The notes under the pieces were generated by a model. The model did no database searches. It was not told the DNA's origin and saw only the letters and a list, made by a program, of their open reading frames with translations. A program made the translations under genes and the position numbers. A DNA stretch of 64,000 nucleotides from the NCBI GenBank assembly GCA_964270895.1, contig OZ185437.1. One strand, written 5' to 3'. The DNA is from Podarcis filfolensis (lineage: Eukaryota). Shown in pieces: positions 1 through 11,820 of the stretch (its first letter is position 1; every line of letters starts with the position of its first letter).

Positions 1-1519
1 TTCCCTGCAAGTGAGATTTGTAAGGCTGGGCATTGGCTCTGAAGTAACCGGTCTTCAAGCACATTCTTGGTTAGTGTAAAATTTTTGCTGCACTTACATA
101 CTGCAAAACAGCTGTGACTTGGCTGATGTTGAGCATGCACTTTGCATCTCAAATTTTGTGGCTAGATACACCATGCTAAAGGTGTATTTTTCCTAAAAAT
201 GGAGGAACATTTTTAGCCATCCAACTCCATATGCCATATTTAGATTTTGGTGTCAGTAACCACCATGATGTAATTATAATGTGTTGCTACTATTTTGCTT
301 AGCACTCTAAATAGCAAAACATTCCTCTGTACTCTGAAAATGTATACTGGTGTTGCCAATTTCCCCTTAGCTAGTCTTCTGATGTTCTTTTTCTGTGTTC
401 AGGGTGCACTGCGATAAAAAGGGGGGGATTTAAAGCTTGTGATTCCTACATATGCAAGCTGAAATGTATGCACAGCACAGTCCTATGCAAACTTACTTTG
501 AACTAAATCCAACTGGGTTGAATGGGTCTTACTCCCTAATATAAATGCTTATCAGGACTTGCAACATGCTATTCTTCTCATCCTATGAGTTTTAATTATA
601 ATGAGATTTCAGTAGCAAGGCAAAGCATACTTACTAGATCCATTAACATCAGCTTCTGAAGGAAAACTAACATCTGAAAAATAAAAAAAATAAAAATTTA
701 AGATTGCTGCTAGTCTGTATTGCGCCTAGTATGTTTTAGGAGTGGCTCTGATCTCAGAGCATTTGCAACATGTAACTGAAACCAGCTATTGGAACTAAGG
801 GCTACCACATTTCTGAAATAGCTCACTAAATAGAATACTCTAAAATCTCAGTTTATATTCAGGTCAATATAACCACAAATTAAAATAATTCAGTATAATT
901 AGAAATCAATATAGCTGAATCCAAGATTCCTCTCATTGCCAGTGTCCACATTTCAAGCTCAGAGGCTGACTGCAACCATTTAGGTCTCTCTACCTGGCCC
1001 TTGGACGGACTCTCTCTGAGCTGCACATCATTCCTAGTAACGCACCCCTCACCAGCCCTGATTTAAAGTGCTTCAGCCTGGCTGATAATTCCTCTTTCTT
1101 GCCTGGAGGGGGGAGGGGAATTGCTTCATACACTTTTGCCTCTGGCGTCACCCCCAAGTGGCTGCTGAAAGGTTTCCCAGAAGGAAATGAAGCCTTTTAG
1201 CTCAGAACGGTTCGCCAGCTCAGTCTGACATTAACTAATGTCCCCAAGTGGCCATGTACCTAGCCCATTCTTTCTGGCAGGTCAGAACATTGGGCCAGGG
1301 AGAACTTGTCCCTGTGCTCAAGGGAGGCAGCTACAGTCAAGAACAATCCCTCACTGGGAAGGCCTTGTGTAGGCATTTTGCAGCAGCTGAAAACAAGAAA
1401 GAATTAGCATGGTTCACACGGTTTTCCCAACTAAGACTATGGGAAGGCTATTTGAGATTAGTGCCCACACCTTGGCAAAAAAATATCAGAGGCAAAAGAG
1501 TTTTGCAACAGGGCCAGGG

Positions 1520-1650
1520 AACCTTTGGCTTCCCAGATGCTGTTGGATTACAGCTCCCATCATCCCTCAATACTGCCCATGCTAGTTAGGCCCGATAGAT
1601 TTGGGAGTCCAAAAACATCTGGAGGGCCACAGGTTCCCCAGCACTGTTTT
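1520..1650. mobile_element. Degenerate copy of the palindromic hAT MITE
   Basis: Retains cagatgctgttggattacagctcccatcatccc...tttgggagtccaaaaacatctggagggcc. Ends approximate. Confidence 0.6.
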
Positions 1651-1740
1651 AGAAGTCCCAGCTTCTTCTCAAGCAGAATTAGGACTGAAATTTGTTGGCA
1701 GTTGATTCTTGAAGAAGAGTGGGTGCGTTATTGACCTGTC

Positions 1741-1878
1741 TAGTGCTATTTTTCTATTAAAAAAAGAGGTGACAAAACTCCCCATGAATGCCTCTCTTGT
1801 TCTCTTATAATGGAAATGGTGCACATCCGAGAGGTGCTGGGACTGAGTTCCGGCAAGTTCCAGCTGAAAAAAGCCATG
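1741..1878. mobile_element. ~135-bp hAT-like MITE; further copies at ~3813-3943 and ~37770-37905
   Basis: Three recognisably homologous copies (aaaagaggtg...catgaa...ttgttctcttataat...gaaaaaagcc). This copy is flanked by gacctgtc / gacctgtg (8 bp, 1 mismatch). Confidence 0.7.
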
Positions 1879-1951
1879 GACCTGTGGCACTTTCATTGTG
1901 CAAGCTCATGTAATTTATCATTCTAACAGGGTCTGACTCTTTGTGGTGAGG

Positions 1952-1970
1952 TGCTGCCACCTGGTGGCCA
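1952..1970 (-). promoter_or_regulatory. CTCF consensus site
   Basis: Minus strand TGGCCACCAGGTGGCAGCA matches the 19-bp CTCF core consensus at essentially every position. Confidence 0.65.
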
Positions 1971-2393
1971 AAATAGGTGCCTGACATTTTATTTATCAAA
2001 AGTGAGGCACATATGCAAAAAAGAGAGAGAAAAGAACAAACCTTGTTGTCTGATCGGTTATAATTAAACAAAAAGGTGTAGAACACACACAGAGTTTCAA
2101 GTCGAATCTTTTTAAAATTTCTGCACCAAATAACTTCTCACAGTTCTCATCTTAATGAGACTGCTTAAATGTGGCTCCTAGGCACAAAATGGAGGACAAG
2201 GCAAGGTACAGAAGTGAGATTTGTGACTTTGTGGGGAGGATGAGCTTTGTAACTTGAAGATTGGGGCCCTCAGCAACTTGATCACTGGTGGGTCTCCTGT
2301 TACCTCAGTGGGCTTACTTAGAGTGTATTCAAGGCCTAATGGAGAGAGCCCATTGAGGCTGGATGCTTAAGATCCTTTGTGTGTTGTTCAACT

Positions 2394-2452
2394 CATAGAA
2401 TCATAGAGTTGGAAGAGACCACAAGAGCCACTGAGTCCAACCCCCTGCCAAG
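2394..2452 (-). mobile_element. CR1 LINE extreme 3' end
   Basis: catagaatcatagagttggaagagacc...gagtccaaccccctgcc is the reverse complement of a CR1 tail. Confidence 0.7.
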
Positions 2453-4316
2453 CCATCATACACTGATGACTGTGTATGGCTGAGTACAGGCTAAGATGAA
2501 ACAGCAGCTTTGTACCAAGACTATTATGTTGTACTTACTGTAGGTTTGAAGGAATAAAAGCTTTTCCTTTTGAATCACTGCCTGTTGTTGAAATTTATGG
2601 ATGCTAGGGGATGGGGAACTTTGAGTTGCTCTCCTCCAAGAGAGGGATGGGGAGGGGAAGGCAGGACTCAACTTTGCAGGCTGAGAAGGACCAATTTCCC
2701 CTTAGCTCACTATACAGATTTCCACCAAACTTCACAAGATTTTGACCTCCAGTTAATACATTTAATCTTTGTTTAACTTTCCAAAACTTTTTATTTTAAT
2801 AACTTTTTATTTTAATATTTTTTACCAGTATTTCCAATAGCTTTCCCAAAAAGAAAAGACAGCCACACAGAACTGTTGTTTTGAAAAATGTTTTGTTGTC
2901 AGGGGAAGCTTTCATATGCTTTAGCATGAAGTTTTTCCAAAACAGATTTTACAAAGCCAGATGGACATTTAGAAGCTTTTAAAAAAAAAAAAACCACCAA
3001 CACCAAGGAGCGTATATTTCCCCCCCCAAAAAATACATTTATTGAAACATTGGAAATGTGTGCCGCTATCTCCCCACTTTGTGTGTTACAGCTGAATCTC
3101 TCTCCACCCCCCACCCATAATGCCATTTTTTTGGCTTTTCAATAGCACTACAATAGATTAAGAATCTACAATAAACTTTATAGATACAATAAACTTTATA
3201 GATTTTTCTAAAATTCTGGATTGTTCCTCTTGCCTTTAAAAACATATTTTTAAAAAGTTCAAAAATGTCTTACCAGTTTGCTAGTATTTTTATTTATAAA
3301 AATACTATTTTTATTTTATTTATTTATAAAACCACTCATATGCTACTAAGCAACACTAAACCAGTAAAAGAAGAAGACAAAAAACCAATGGCAGCATCCA
3401 GAAATGCAAGAGACTGACATTAAGGGCCTGAGCAAATGCATTTTTAAAAGGCACCCAATAGTTTGTGCCTGCCTAATTTCTGAGAGGTTGTTGCACAGGC
3501 AGATGCCGCCACAGAGAAAGCCCTTTTCTGTACCCAGTAAGATGGTTTTGCAAGCTATAATAGGTTAACACAGTGGTTCTCAAACTTTTTTCCTCTGGGC
3601 CACACTTTCAGAATAAAAATTTGCCACTGATATTTTTTAAAAAATAAAAAAGAAATACACTGGAAAACAAACAGAAACAACTCCTAGCAAAACACTCATT
3701 GATTTGTAACACAGAACAAAATAATATGTTAATGAAACATGCAGGAAGTATAAAACAATGCAGCTACATAAGAACAGAATTATAAATGAGCTTCTTACAT
3801 GTGTAACTTAAGCAGCACCATTTTTCTAGAAAAAGAGGTGCCGGAACTCACCATGAACCCCTCCCTTGTTCTCTTATAATAAGACAATGGCGTCCACCTG
3901 AGAGGCGATGAGTTCTGGTGAATTCTGGCTGAAAAAAGCCCTGACTTTATGTATACAAACTCAACGAGAGGTATGAGCTTGCTTTTGCTGGGTAATCTCA
4001 TTTATATTAAGTCTCATTTGAGGCAAACAAACTCTCATCGACACAAATGAAATGTTTAAATGTTTCTTTGATTGTCCTTGAATCTTCCCGCCACACTTCC
4101 TGTCATGACTAAAGTCTTTGAGGGCAGAAACTGGAAAGTGCTAGAAGATTCTAGAAGGTTCACTTCTGAGGCAAATATTGTTTTGACTATCTCAAGGTCA
4201 CGCTGAGCCAGGAAAGATAAATTCCTGCGATCAGGAAGCTACTCTCTCGCTTTTGTTTGTATCTCGCGTGTCTGATTTTTTTTTGGTAACAAGCCTTTGG
4301 ATCCCTTCTCCAAAGT

Positions 4317-4652
4317 CCTGATCCTCCAAGTGTCCCTATTTTCCAGGGACGTTCCTGATTTAGAGAAGCCGCCCTGGTTTCTGATTTGATCCCGGAATGT
4401 CCCACTTTTCCTTAGGATGTCCCTATTTTCATTGGAGAAACATTGGAGGGTATGGAATTATCTGACCCCTGAGCCGTCTGAAGGCAATCCTGTATAGGGA
4501 AGGGTTTTTTAAAAAATGTTTTTATGGTATTATATATGTTGGAGGCTGCCCAGAGTGGCTGGGGCAACCTAGTAAGATGTGTGGGGTATAAATAGTAAAA
4601 TTATCATTATGGAATGGGATGTCCCTATTTCAGAGAAATGTTGGAGGATATG
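4317..4652. mobile_element. Short TIR element carrying an L2-like 3' tail fragment
   Basis: Ends atcctccaa / ttggaggatatg, repeated tgtccctatt units, and internal ggctgcccagagtggctggggcaacc...gggtataaatagtaaa resembling a squamate LINE 3' end. Confidence 0.5.
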
Positions 4653-7640
4653 CTTCTCCACCCCAGTGCTGAATTTCAAACGAAGACCCACACCACTCCC
4701 ATTCTCCCTCCCACCCGACTAATCATTCCTTTCACAGGTTCTCAACTGTTGTGGTCTGCAAGAGTAATTAAGCTGGTACTAGAAAGGTTGCAGGACAGCT
4801 GAGGATATCTGTACTTGGCCCTGGGCTGGATTTATTTCTGATGACAGAGGCTGAAGCCATTTTAACCAGGGCTGAATTATTCATCAGGCAAACGTATGAA
4901 CTTCCTGGTCTGGGGTACCCGATTTTCATAATACAGCACTGTATTATGTCTACTAATTTCCCCAAAAAACGTATTTGCCAGACAAAGACGTCATTCTTTG
5001 GAATGTGGCCAAAGGCCAATGGCTTTTATAACATATCTCTGGCTTGATAAGGGGGGGGGAATGTTATTTTTAATACTATATGTTTAATCAAAAAGAAAAA
5101 CGAATGTGTTCTTACAATGTTAGAATGTAAGTGGTTCGCTGTGACCTCCAGCAAGGTTTGAGAGCTGCTGATCTATTTGATTGATGCCTCTGTGAACGCA
5201 CTGAATGAATTCTGCACTATGCTGAATAAACATGACTTTTAAACTATTATAAAATATACTTTCACTTGAAATTAACACACATTTGCAAGCCAGAGACTAT
5301 GCATGCTTGCTTAGGAATAACCCTCCTTGTGATCAGTCAGCCTAATTCCCTGGAGATTATGTATTGCACTGCAATCCAAATAATATTTCTTGAGCACACA
5401 AATGGGGAGAAGCTACATCCCCCCACTGAAAACTAACCATATTAGTCTAGCATATATCTACAGAATTAGGCACTATTAATTAGGTAAAAAAACATCCTCT
5501 TTCAAGTAGTAAAGCAATTAATCAGAAACAAAACACATGAGAATACAAAAGTAAGCAAATAATTCAAACTAATTAACATTTGCTGGTGGAATGCATAACT
5601 GTCATGGTTAATAAGGATATTAAAAATAACTAGCACTTAATTTGATTGCTATTTCCTTTTTCACTGCATTTGCCACCTGCTTAATGTGAGCTAGATAAGC
5701 CCCCAGGGCAACAATCAAAGGCAAGGCATACCAGAAAGATTTTCTGCAGCACTTCTGAAATAGTTTAGCATTTCCCCCCACACATAGAATACATATTGTA
5801 TATGATTTTTCCCCTAAAAGCAATGGGGGCGGGAAACTTCATTCAAATGAAGGAATATGAGTAAGGAAAATTGATAACGTGTTCATCATTTTTCAAGAAA
5901 ATGGACAGAGCAATCATATTCTAATTTCACAGCGTTAGCTGTGAGACGTACTACTGGTGGAATGTCCATTGTATCCAGTACTCTCTTAGCCCAGGGTGGA
6001 AGAGGAAAAATGCACACTCACTGGAAAATCTGAAAATGATGAGGAAATAGTAGGTATGCACATCTCCCACACCAGTGTCCCTGGAAACATCATCAGCCCC
6101 ACCCTCCTTAGAGATGCATAATCTGGTTTTAAAGCTATCCAAGGCCATAACTATCATATCATTTGGAGAAAAAGAAAAATCTCTCTTCACACTCCATTTA
6201 ATTTTACAGTATTTAAACCTCCATTAAGCAGTGGCAGTGGGGCACCAGGTCCTTTTGGCTCCATGTTTACGGAACTCCCTCCCCATAGAGACTACCTCTT
6301 GGTTTTTAGGCAGGACCTGAAATTCTGAAGCATATTCCTCTTTGTGTGTATATGTATGCATGTCTGGTTTTATTTATTTCAAAGGATCCAAGAATGGTGT
6401 GGAATGCACAGATTGGTGCCCACAGGCAAGTAGAGAAATAATTAAACAAAAATTCATTCTGAAAGCTATTTGACTATAACAACGAATGTTAAAAATCTAC
6501 TAAATCTCCACTGCCAGATAATGAAATAGGCAATAAAAATCATTTATGAGTCACAGTGGGGAAATTATTGCTCCTAATTTAATTTTAATGTGAACAGTTT
6601 TAATAAACAGGGCATTCAATTTATGCAAGCTTATTTTTGTCATTACGTTGTGGTTCAGGATGAAGCCAGGTGATGATAGCTGTGCACCCAATTTCACAAT
6701 GTCCTGCTCACATTTTTTTTTATACTTGGAAGCTGACATTAGCCTATATGACTGTAAAAATGTTTTTATTAAAAAGTTTTTAAAGTGGTAGAATTTTTCT
6801 TCAGCTTTTTTTGCAGATGGGATAGTGAGATGAGGAGCAATGTTGACAATATCACTCTCCAAGTTCCTCTCCAGTGCTTCAGAGTCCACACTACTCTTTG
6901 GTTTACATAAGAGCTACACATCATGAAGCAGTCTGGGAGATGACTGGAGTACAGGGGACAGAAAATACACTCCAAAGCCAACCCAATGCTTGTTATGTCA
7001 TATACCATAATTCTGTCTACCAAGCAGCAGTGAAGGCAAAACAAAACAAAGCACAACTTTAACCACCCCCACGTCATCCTCAAAGAGCTGTCCAGCAGAG
7101 TTGCTTTAGGTTATACCAGAAGTAGAGGATGGATCGCCCTTGAACACTGAGCAACATGCTGTGAACGATTTGCAGGGTACTTTGAGGATAACATAACTCA
7201 GCTCTGTAGTGTCTTAGATGCCACTATTGCTGCAAATCCAGTTAAGGTGTCCATTGCAGTGCCTTCCCACACTGTGTAGGATCGATTTCTATGGATGTGG
7301 TCTGATTATGTGGGCAGGAATCTTGCAGTGATGGGATCCGCTTCTCCCTCTCTTGACTCCTGCCCTCCTGTCTGCTAAAAACTGAGTGAGGGGGAAGGAG
7401 AGTGGGCTGTGTGGGTCTAGGGTGGGGGGGGCAGCTTTACTCAATGGAGTGCGATCTGCTGCCCTTAAAACAGGTGGTATTGAAACTACTCCTAAAGAAA
7501 TCCAACCTGGTCTTTTTGCTCACTGTCCTGAATTTCTCCATGCACAGGTACAGTATCTACTATCTGGCGGCTTAGGAAATAACTGAGTGGATGGGAAGAG
7601 GGGGCACACACTCACCTACAGAAACATTATACGCATACAG

Positions 7641-8223
7641 GCTCCATCTGCACTGTACATTTAAACAGCAGCATAGCTCAGCCTCGCTGCCACCTTGCCC
7701 CCAGCTGTAGGGTGGCTGAGGGAGAGGTGGTAGGCAGATGCAAGCCCCATGCTGCTGTTTCAGGTAGCGCAGAGCTTGCAGGCACCCGAGCCACTATGTG
7801 GAGAGACACGTGTGGCTCGGGCGCACTGCAGGTCCTGCAGTAAGTGCCACCCCTTTCAGTGTGGCACCCAGTGCCCCCCGCCGCCCCCCCCAGCTACGCC
7901 TCTGTATTTAAAGCAGTAATTTGTACCAATTTAAAACAGTCATGGCTTCCCCCAAAGAATCCTAGGAAGTGTAGCTTCTTAGGGGTGCAGGAAGCTGTCA
8001 GGAGACCCCCCATCCCTCGCCACACAGCTACAGGTTTCAGAGTGGCTTACCAATCAATCCCTCTTCCATAGGAACTATGAGAACTGTAGTTGTGAGGAGG
8101 GATTTGCTGTCACCTCTACTCTGGGCACCAACTGCAGTTCCCAGGATCCTTGGGTGGGTGGGCAAGCCGTGACTACTGAAAGGGGGCATGCCACTGATTT
8201 CAATGCACCGTGCTGAGAAGGCC
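7641..8223. mobile_element. Palindromic MITE interrupted by a second TIR element at 7666-7904
   Basis: Outer arms gctccatctgcactgtacatttaaa / tttcaatgcaccgtgctgagaaggcc. The insert ends cagctacgcctctg and is flanked by catttaaa / tatttaaa (8-bp TSD, 1 mismatch). Confidence 0.65.
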
Positions 8224-8279
8224 ACAAAGCCTCTGTTCAGCAACCTCTTGCCGAGGAGCAGCCTATTTCACCTAAGTCA

Positions 8280-9020
8280 GGCTCCTCGTTAGAAGCGGAC
8301 CCGGTTGCAAAATGGCCGAAAACCAGCAACCTTCCTTGGCTGCCGGTTTGCGCGTGGAGCTGCTGTGCTCCTTAGACCAGCTGCAGCGTGATCGGGACGG
8401 TCAGCCAGACTCCTCTGCGAGCCGTTTTTCGTTCTGCGGGGGGGGGGGGCGAGAGGAAAGCAGCTCCCACGAAGCTCCTCAGAACTGGCTCCCAGGGAAG
8501 CGCATCGACTGGGTGGAGGTGTTGGCGGCGACGGTGGCAGAACCCCGCGGCCGAGTCCTCCGAGGCGCTCCTGGCCAGCAGAGGGCGCCGGCTGCGTCCG
8601 ACCGAGCGTGGCTCCGCCTCCGCTGCTCCTTCGCCACCGAGCTGAGAGGAAGCGGGGGAAAGGACGGGCACGGGCCGAGCACCGAGGAGCAGCGGCAGGG
8701 CCGGGGCTGCGGGCGCCCGGCGGAGGCAGGTAGCGTGGCGTGCGCGAGCTGGTGCAGGACAGCCGCTTTTTTTGGGGGGGAGGGGTTTTTGCTGTGGGCT
8801 AAGAGAGGCCGGGGTCGGGTCCGAAGCTCCACCAGCTCCCCGTGCAAATACCCCACGGACTGGGAAGCCTTAAGTCTCACCTAGTTCAGTGTCGCTGTCC
8901 GAGGCTTCTTTTTATTTGTACCGCACCAAAGGGGCGGGTTGCAAGAACCCCACGCGTGCGTTTCCTTGGGAGTGAAGGCTCCGTTGAGCGAAGGCTGCAG
9001 TCCTATGCACACTTTTCTGG
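8280..9020 (+). promoter_or_regulatory. CpG island; probable MTRES1 promoter and exon 1
   Basis: Abrupt GC- and CpG-rich segment upstream of the MTRES1 coding exons. YY1-type motif CAAAATGGCCG at 8308-8318. Candidate donor CAG|GTAGCG at 8729/8730. Confidence 0.8.
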
Positions 9021-10590
9021 AAGGAAAACCCCGCTGAAAAACGCGGCACCGTTAATATTTATTTCCGAGTAAATATGAGGCGTAGAATAGGGCTGGAGGT
9101 GTCTGCAGTCGTAAGGTCACTTACCTACTGAACTTACGGGGCTTGATTTTAAATGATGATCACCTAGGATCTGGCTGCAGCACCAGTTGTCCACCGGGAT
9201 AACTTACGTGGAAAGTTTCACTGATAGGATTGAGCTGTAAAAGCAATATACTGTATGATATTCTATGAATGTTATGGGGGGAAATTCTTAAAAAATAAAA
9301 TATCAAAAATTCCTCCGAGGTTTAACTCCAGTTCCCTTTCCCATCGGAACTTGTTCCAACAATCTGGGGATAAGGCATGGACTAGGGGTAGATTCCCCCC
9401 CCCCCCTTATTTAATGATGTGTTTATGCTCAAATGGTTTTGGTTTTACAGATCTAAGAAATAGTAACTATTGTAGAAGTATTTGTGAAGGAAGAGTATGG
9501 CACTGTTCTCTTTTGTGTGTTTGTGGTTCACACCTGTTCCAGAGAAAATGAAGTTGTATGGTTCATCGCTTCCACACAACTGGACACCAAGGGCTTATGA
9601 GGTGGAGGAGAAAAAAAGTGTGTATGGTGGTGGAGAAAAATACAGATTTTTGGTGGAGGAGGGAACACCCTCTGCCAACTTTCTAAGTTTTGATTGTTAA
9701 TTTATACTATTCTTGGGCTGCCTTTAAAGGTAAAACTCCTCTCAAGGCAGCTTGTAGTAAAATGCAATGAAATACACCTGTACAGATAAGACCATCAGAA
9801 ATAACAATACAACAGTACCAAGTCCCATCCCCCTACTACCTGAGAGTGATTTTTAAAATAAAATATGAGGGGTTGATACTCACATATTGATAAAGGTGCC
9901 ATGGGTGCCAGCATAAAATGTCTTTGATGGGCAGCAAAAGAAGAGGTAAGGATCTGGTGAGTGCTGTCATGAAAAAGGCCCTGTTCCTGATTATAAACAC
10001 AATGATGTGGAGAACTGTAAACCAACTTTGGAAACTGCAGTTGAGAACAAGTGAGCCTTTAGGGCTTTGCAGAACACCTGACGTGACAGTGTCTGTTGGA
10101 GTGCAGGTGGCAATGGGTTTCAGAGATATGAGGGTCAATGCAGAAAAGGCCCTTTGCCCTTTAAGTGCTTGGTATCTTGCAGGTTATAGGGGAGTGGATA
10201 TTTCCCCATTGTTTGGCAAAGGTGACCACTGCCTCCAATAAGAAAAGCCAATGCATGGCCTTTTTTGGTTGTGACACAGCTCAAATGGGAGAACAGTAAG
10301 GACTTCCTTCTTTTGCTGCAATATTTAGGACTGGACAAGTTTTAAGACAGCAGTATTATGTTGGTCTTGCCGATCATGGTATTACTGAATTCGTATAGCT
10401 CTTTGTGACACTATGCAGGGAGTTAACAACATCATCTGCCATTTTGGCTTATATTAAACTGTTTGATTGCTGCTTGGCCGCATAGGATGGGAAAGGATTA
10501 CATATGAGCTGAAAACAGGGGAACTGGGGATAGCTGCAACACCTTTCTCTCTGTATGTGGTGCTGAGAGGCTTTACATTGCCTTTGAGCA

Positions 10591-10615
10591 GTGTGTGTGT
10601 GTGTGTGTGTGTGTG

Positions 10616-10654
<39 letters not shown>
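10591..10654. repeat. Head-to-head (GT)13-t-(AC)~18 microsatellite
   Basis: Read directly from the sequence; the two arms are reverse complements. Confidence 0.95.
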
Positions 10655-10655
<1 letters not shown>

Positions 10656-11021
10656 TGGGATTGCATCCCACAGATGTGTATATGTAGTGTGTATGATCCA
10701 TTCATACAATATACTGGTAACTGGCCCCCTGTTTATATGGTGGGACTCTGGACAGTTATGAAATCTGTATAAGCAACTTGCATGGCTCACTTCAGGTACA
10801 TGTTCATACAAGTGCAAGATGCATTACCAGTAAAATACAGGCTAAGTAGAGCACTTTTAAGCCCTAGTTCAGAGAATTAAGGGAAAATGGGCTTTAAAAA
10901 TGCTTAACTTAATCAGTTATGAACTATGGTGAATAAATATTATGTTAATGATTAGAACCTGGTTCTCTTGAAAAAAATTTTTTATATAAAAAAAAACCCA
11001 TCTGAAGCTCTTTCTACAGTA

Positions 11022-11246
11022 CAGTGGTACCTCAGGTTACAGACACTTCAGGTTACAGACTCCGCTAACCCAGAAATAGTACCTCAGGTTAAGTACTTTG
11101 CTTCAGTATGAGAACAGAAATTGTGCTCCGGTGGCGCGGCAGCAGCAGGAGGCCCCATTAGCTAAAGTGGTCTTCTGGTTAAGAACAGTTTCAAGTTAAG
11201 AACGGACCTCCAGAACGAATTAAGTTCTTAACCTGAGGTATCACTG
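11022..11246 (+). mobile_element. Tc1/mariner (Tigger/pogo-like) MITE, copy 1
   Basis: TIR cagtggtacctcaggtta / taacctgaggtatcactg, TA on both sides, internal caggttaa repeats. Confidence 0.85.
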
Positions 11247-11383
11247 TACTTCTGTCATTGTTTAATGCATGGGGAGGTGGATTACTAATTCTTATTGAAG
11301 AATACTCAGCTTTTAGGAATCTTGTAAAACTCATTAGTTACTGAGCCAAACTGACTGTTAAATCTTTTGTTCCAGGGTATGCT

Positions 11384-11820
11384 ATGACGGGTTGCAGATT
11401 GCCGCTTGGTGCTTTTAGAAATCTAAATGTTTGGCTTGGTCTCGTGGAGAACTCCCCTTATAAACTCTGCACACCCTGGAAAAGGCTTCTTTATTCTGCA
11501 AGCCAGCAGCAAGTAACGGCAATTGCCCCCAAACATTTATGTGTTTCTCCTTTAAAACACCAAGTATTTTTAACACCATTGCCCAAAAGTGCACTGAGGA
11601 TTTCTGTACGTCTCAAAAGCAACAAAAGTTATCGGAAGAACGCAAAACAAACTGTGCCAGAGGAGACTGAGGAGGAAGATGAAAACGAAGAGCTAAGTGA
11701 TTCAGAAGATGAGTTTGAGGATGATCCTAATATAGTGAAAGATTACAAAGATCTCGAAAAAGTAGTACAGTCTTTTCGATATGATGTAATAATGAAAGCT
11801 GGTCTAGACATTGCAAGAAA
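11384..11820 (+). CDS. MTRES1: Mitochondrial transcription rescue factor 1 (C6orf203), first coding exon
   Basis: Acceptor tgttccag ends at 11375, ATG at 11384, donor gtaagt at 11821 (phase 2). The protein has a basic MTS-like N-terminus, SVRLKSN, an acidic tract and DDPNIVKDYKDLEKVVQSFRYDV, matching recalled human MTRES1 (DDPTVVKNYKDLEKAVQSFRYDV). Confidence 0.95.

Noticed and set aside
3167-3202. Perfect 18-bp tandem duplication (tacaataaactttataga x2)
   Set aside because: Ordinary slippage duplication; two units are not a CRISPR-like array.
6551-6889. 112-aa minus-strand ORF (DSEALERNLESDIVNIAPHLTIPSAKK...)
   Set aside because: Non-ATG start, no recognisable domain and no convincing splice sites.
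1-8200. A CD24-like small GPI-anchored gene, which as I recall lies upstream of MTRES1 in human
   Set aside because: I found no signal-peptide exon or Ser/Thr-rich GPI-tail exon on either strand; it probably lies outside the window or is too diverged to see.
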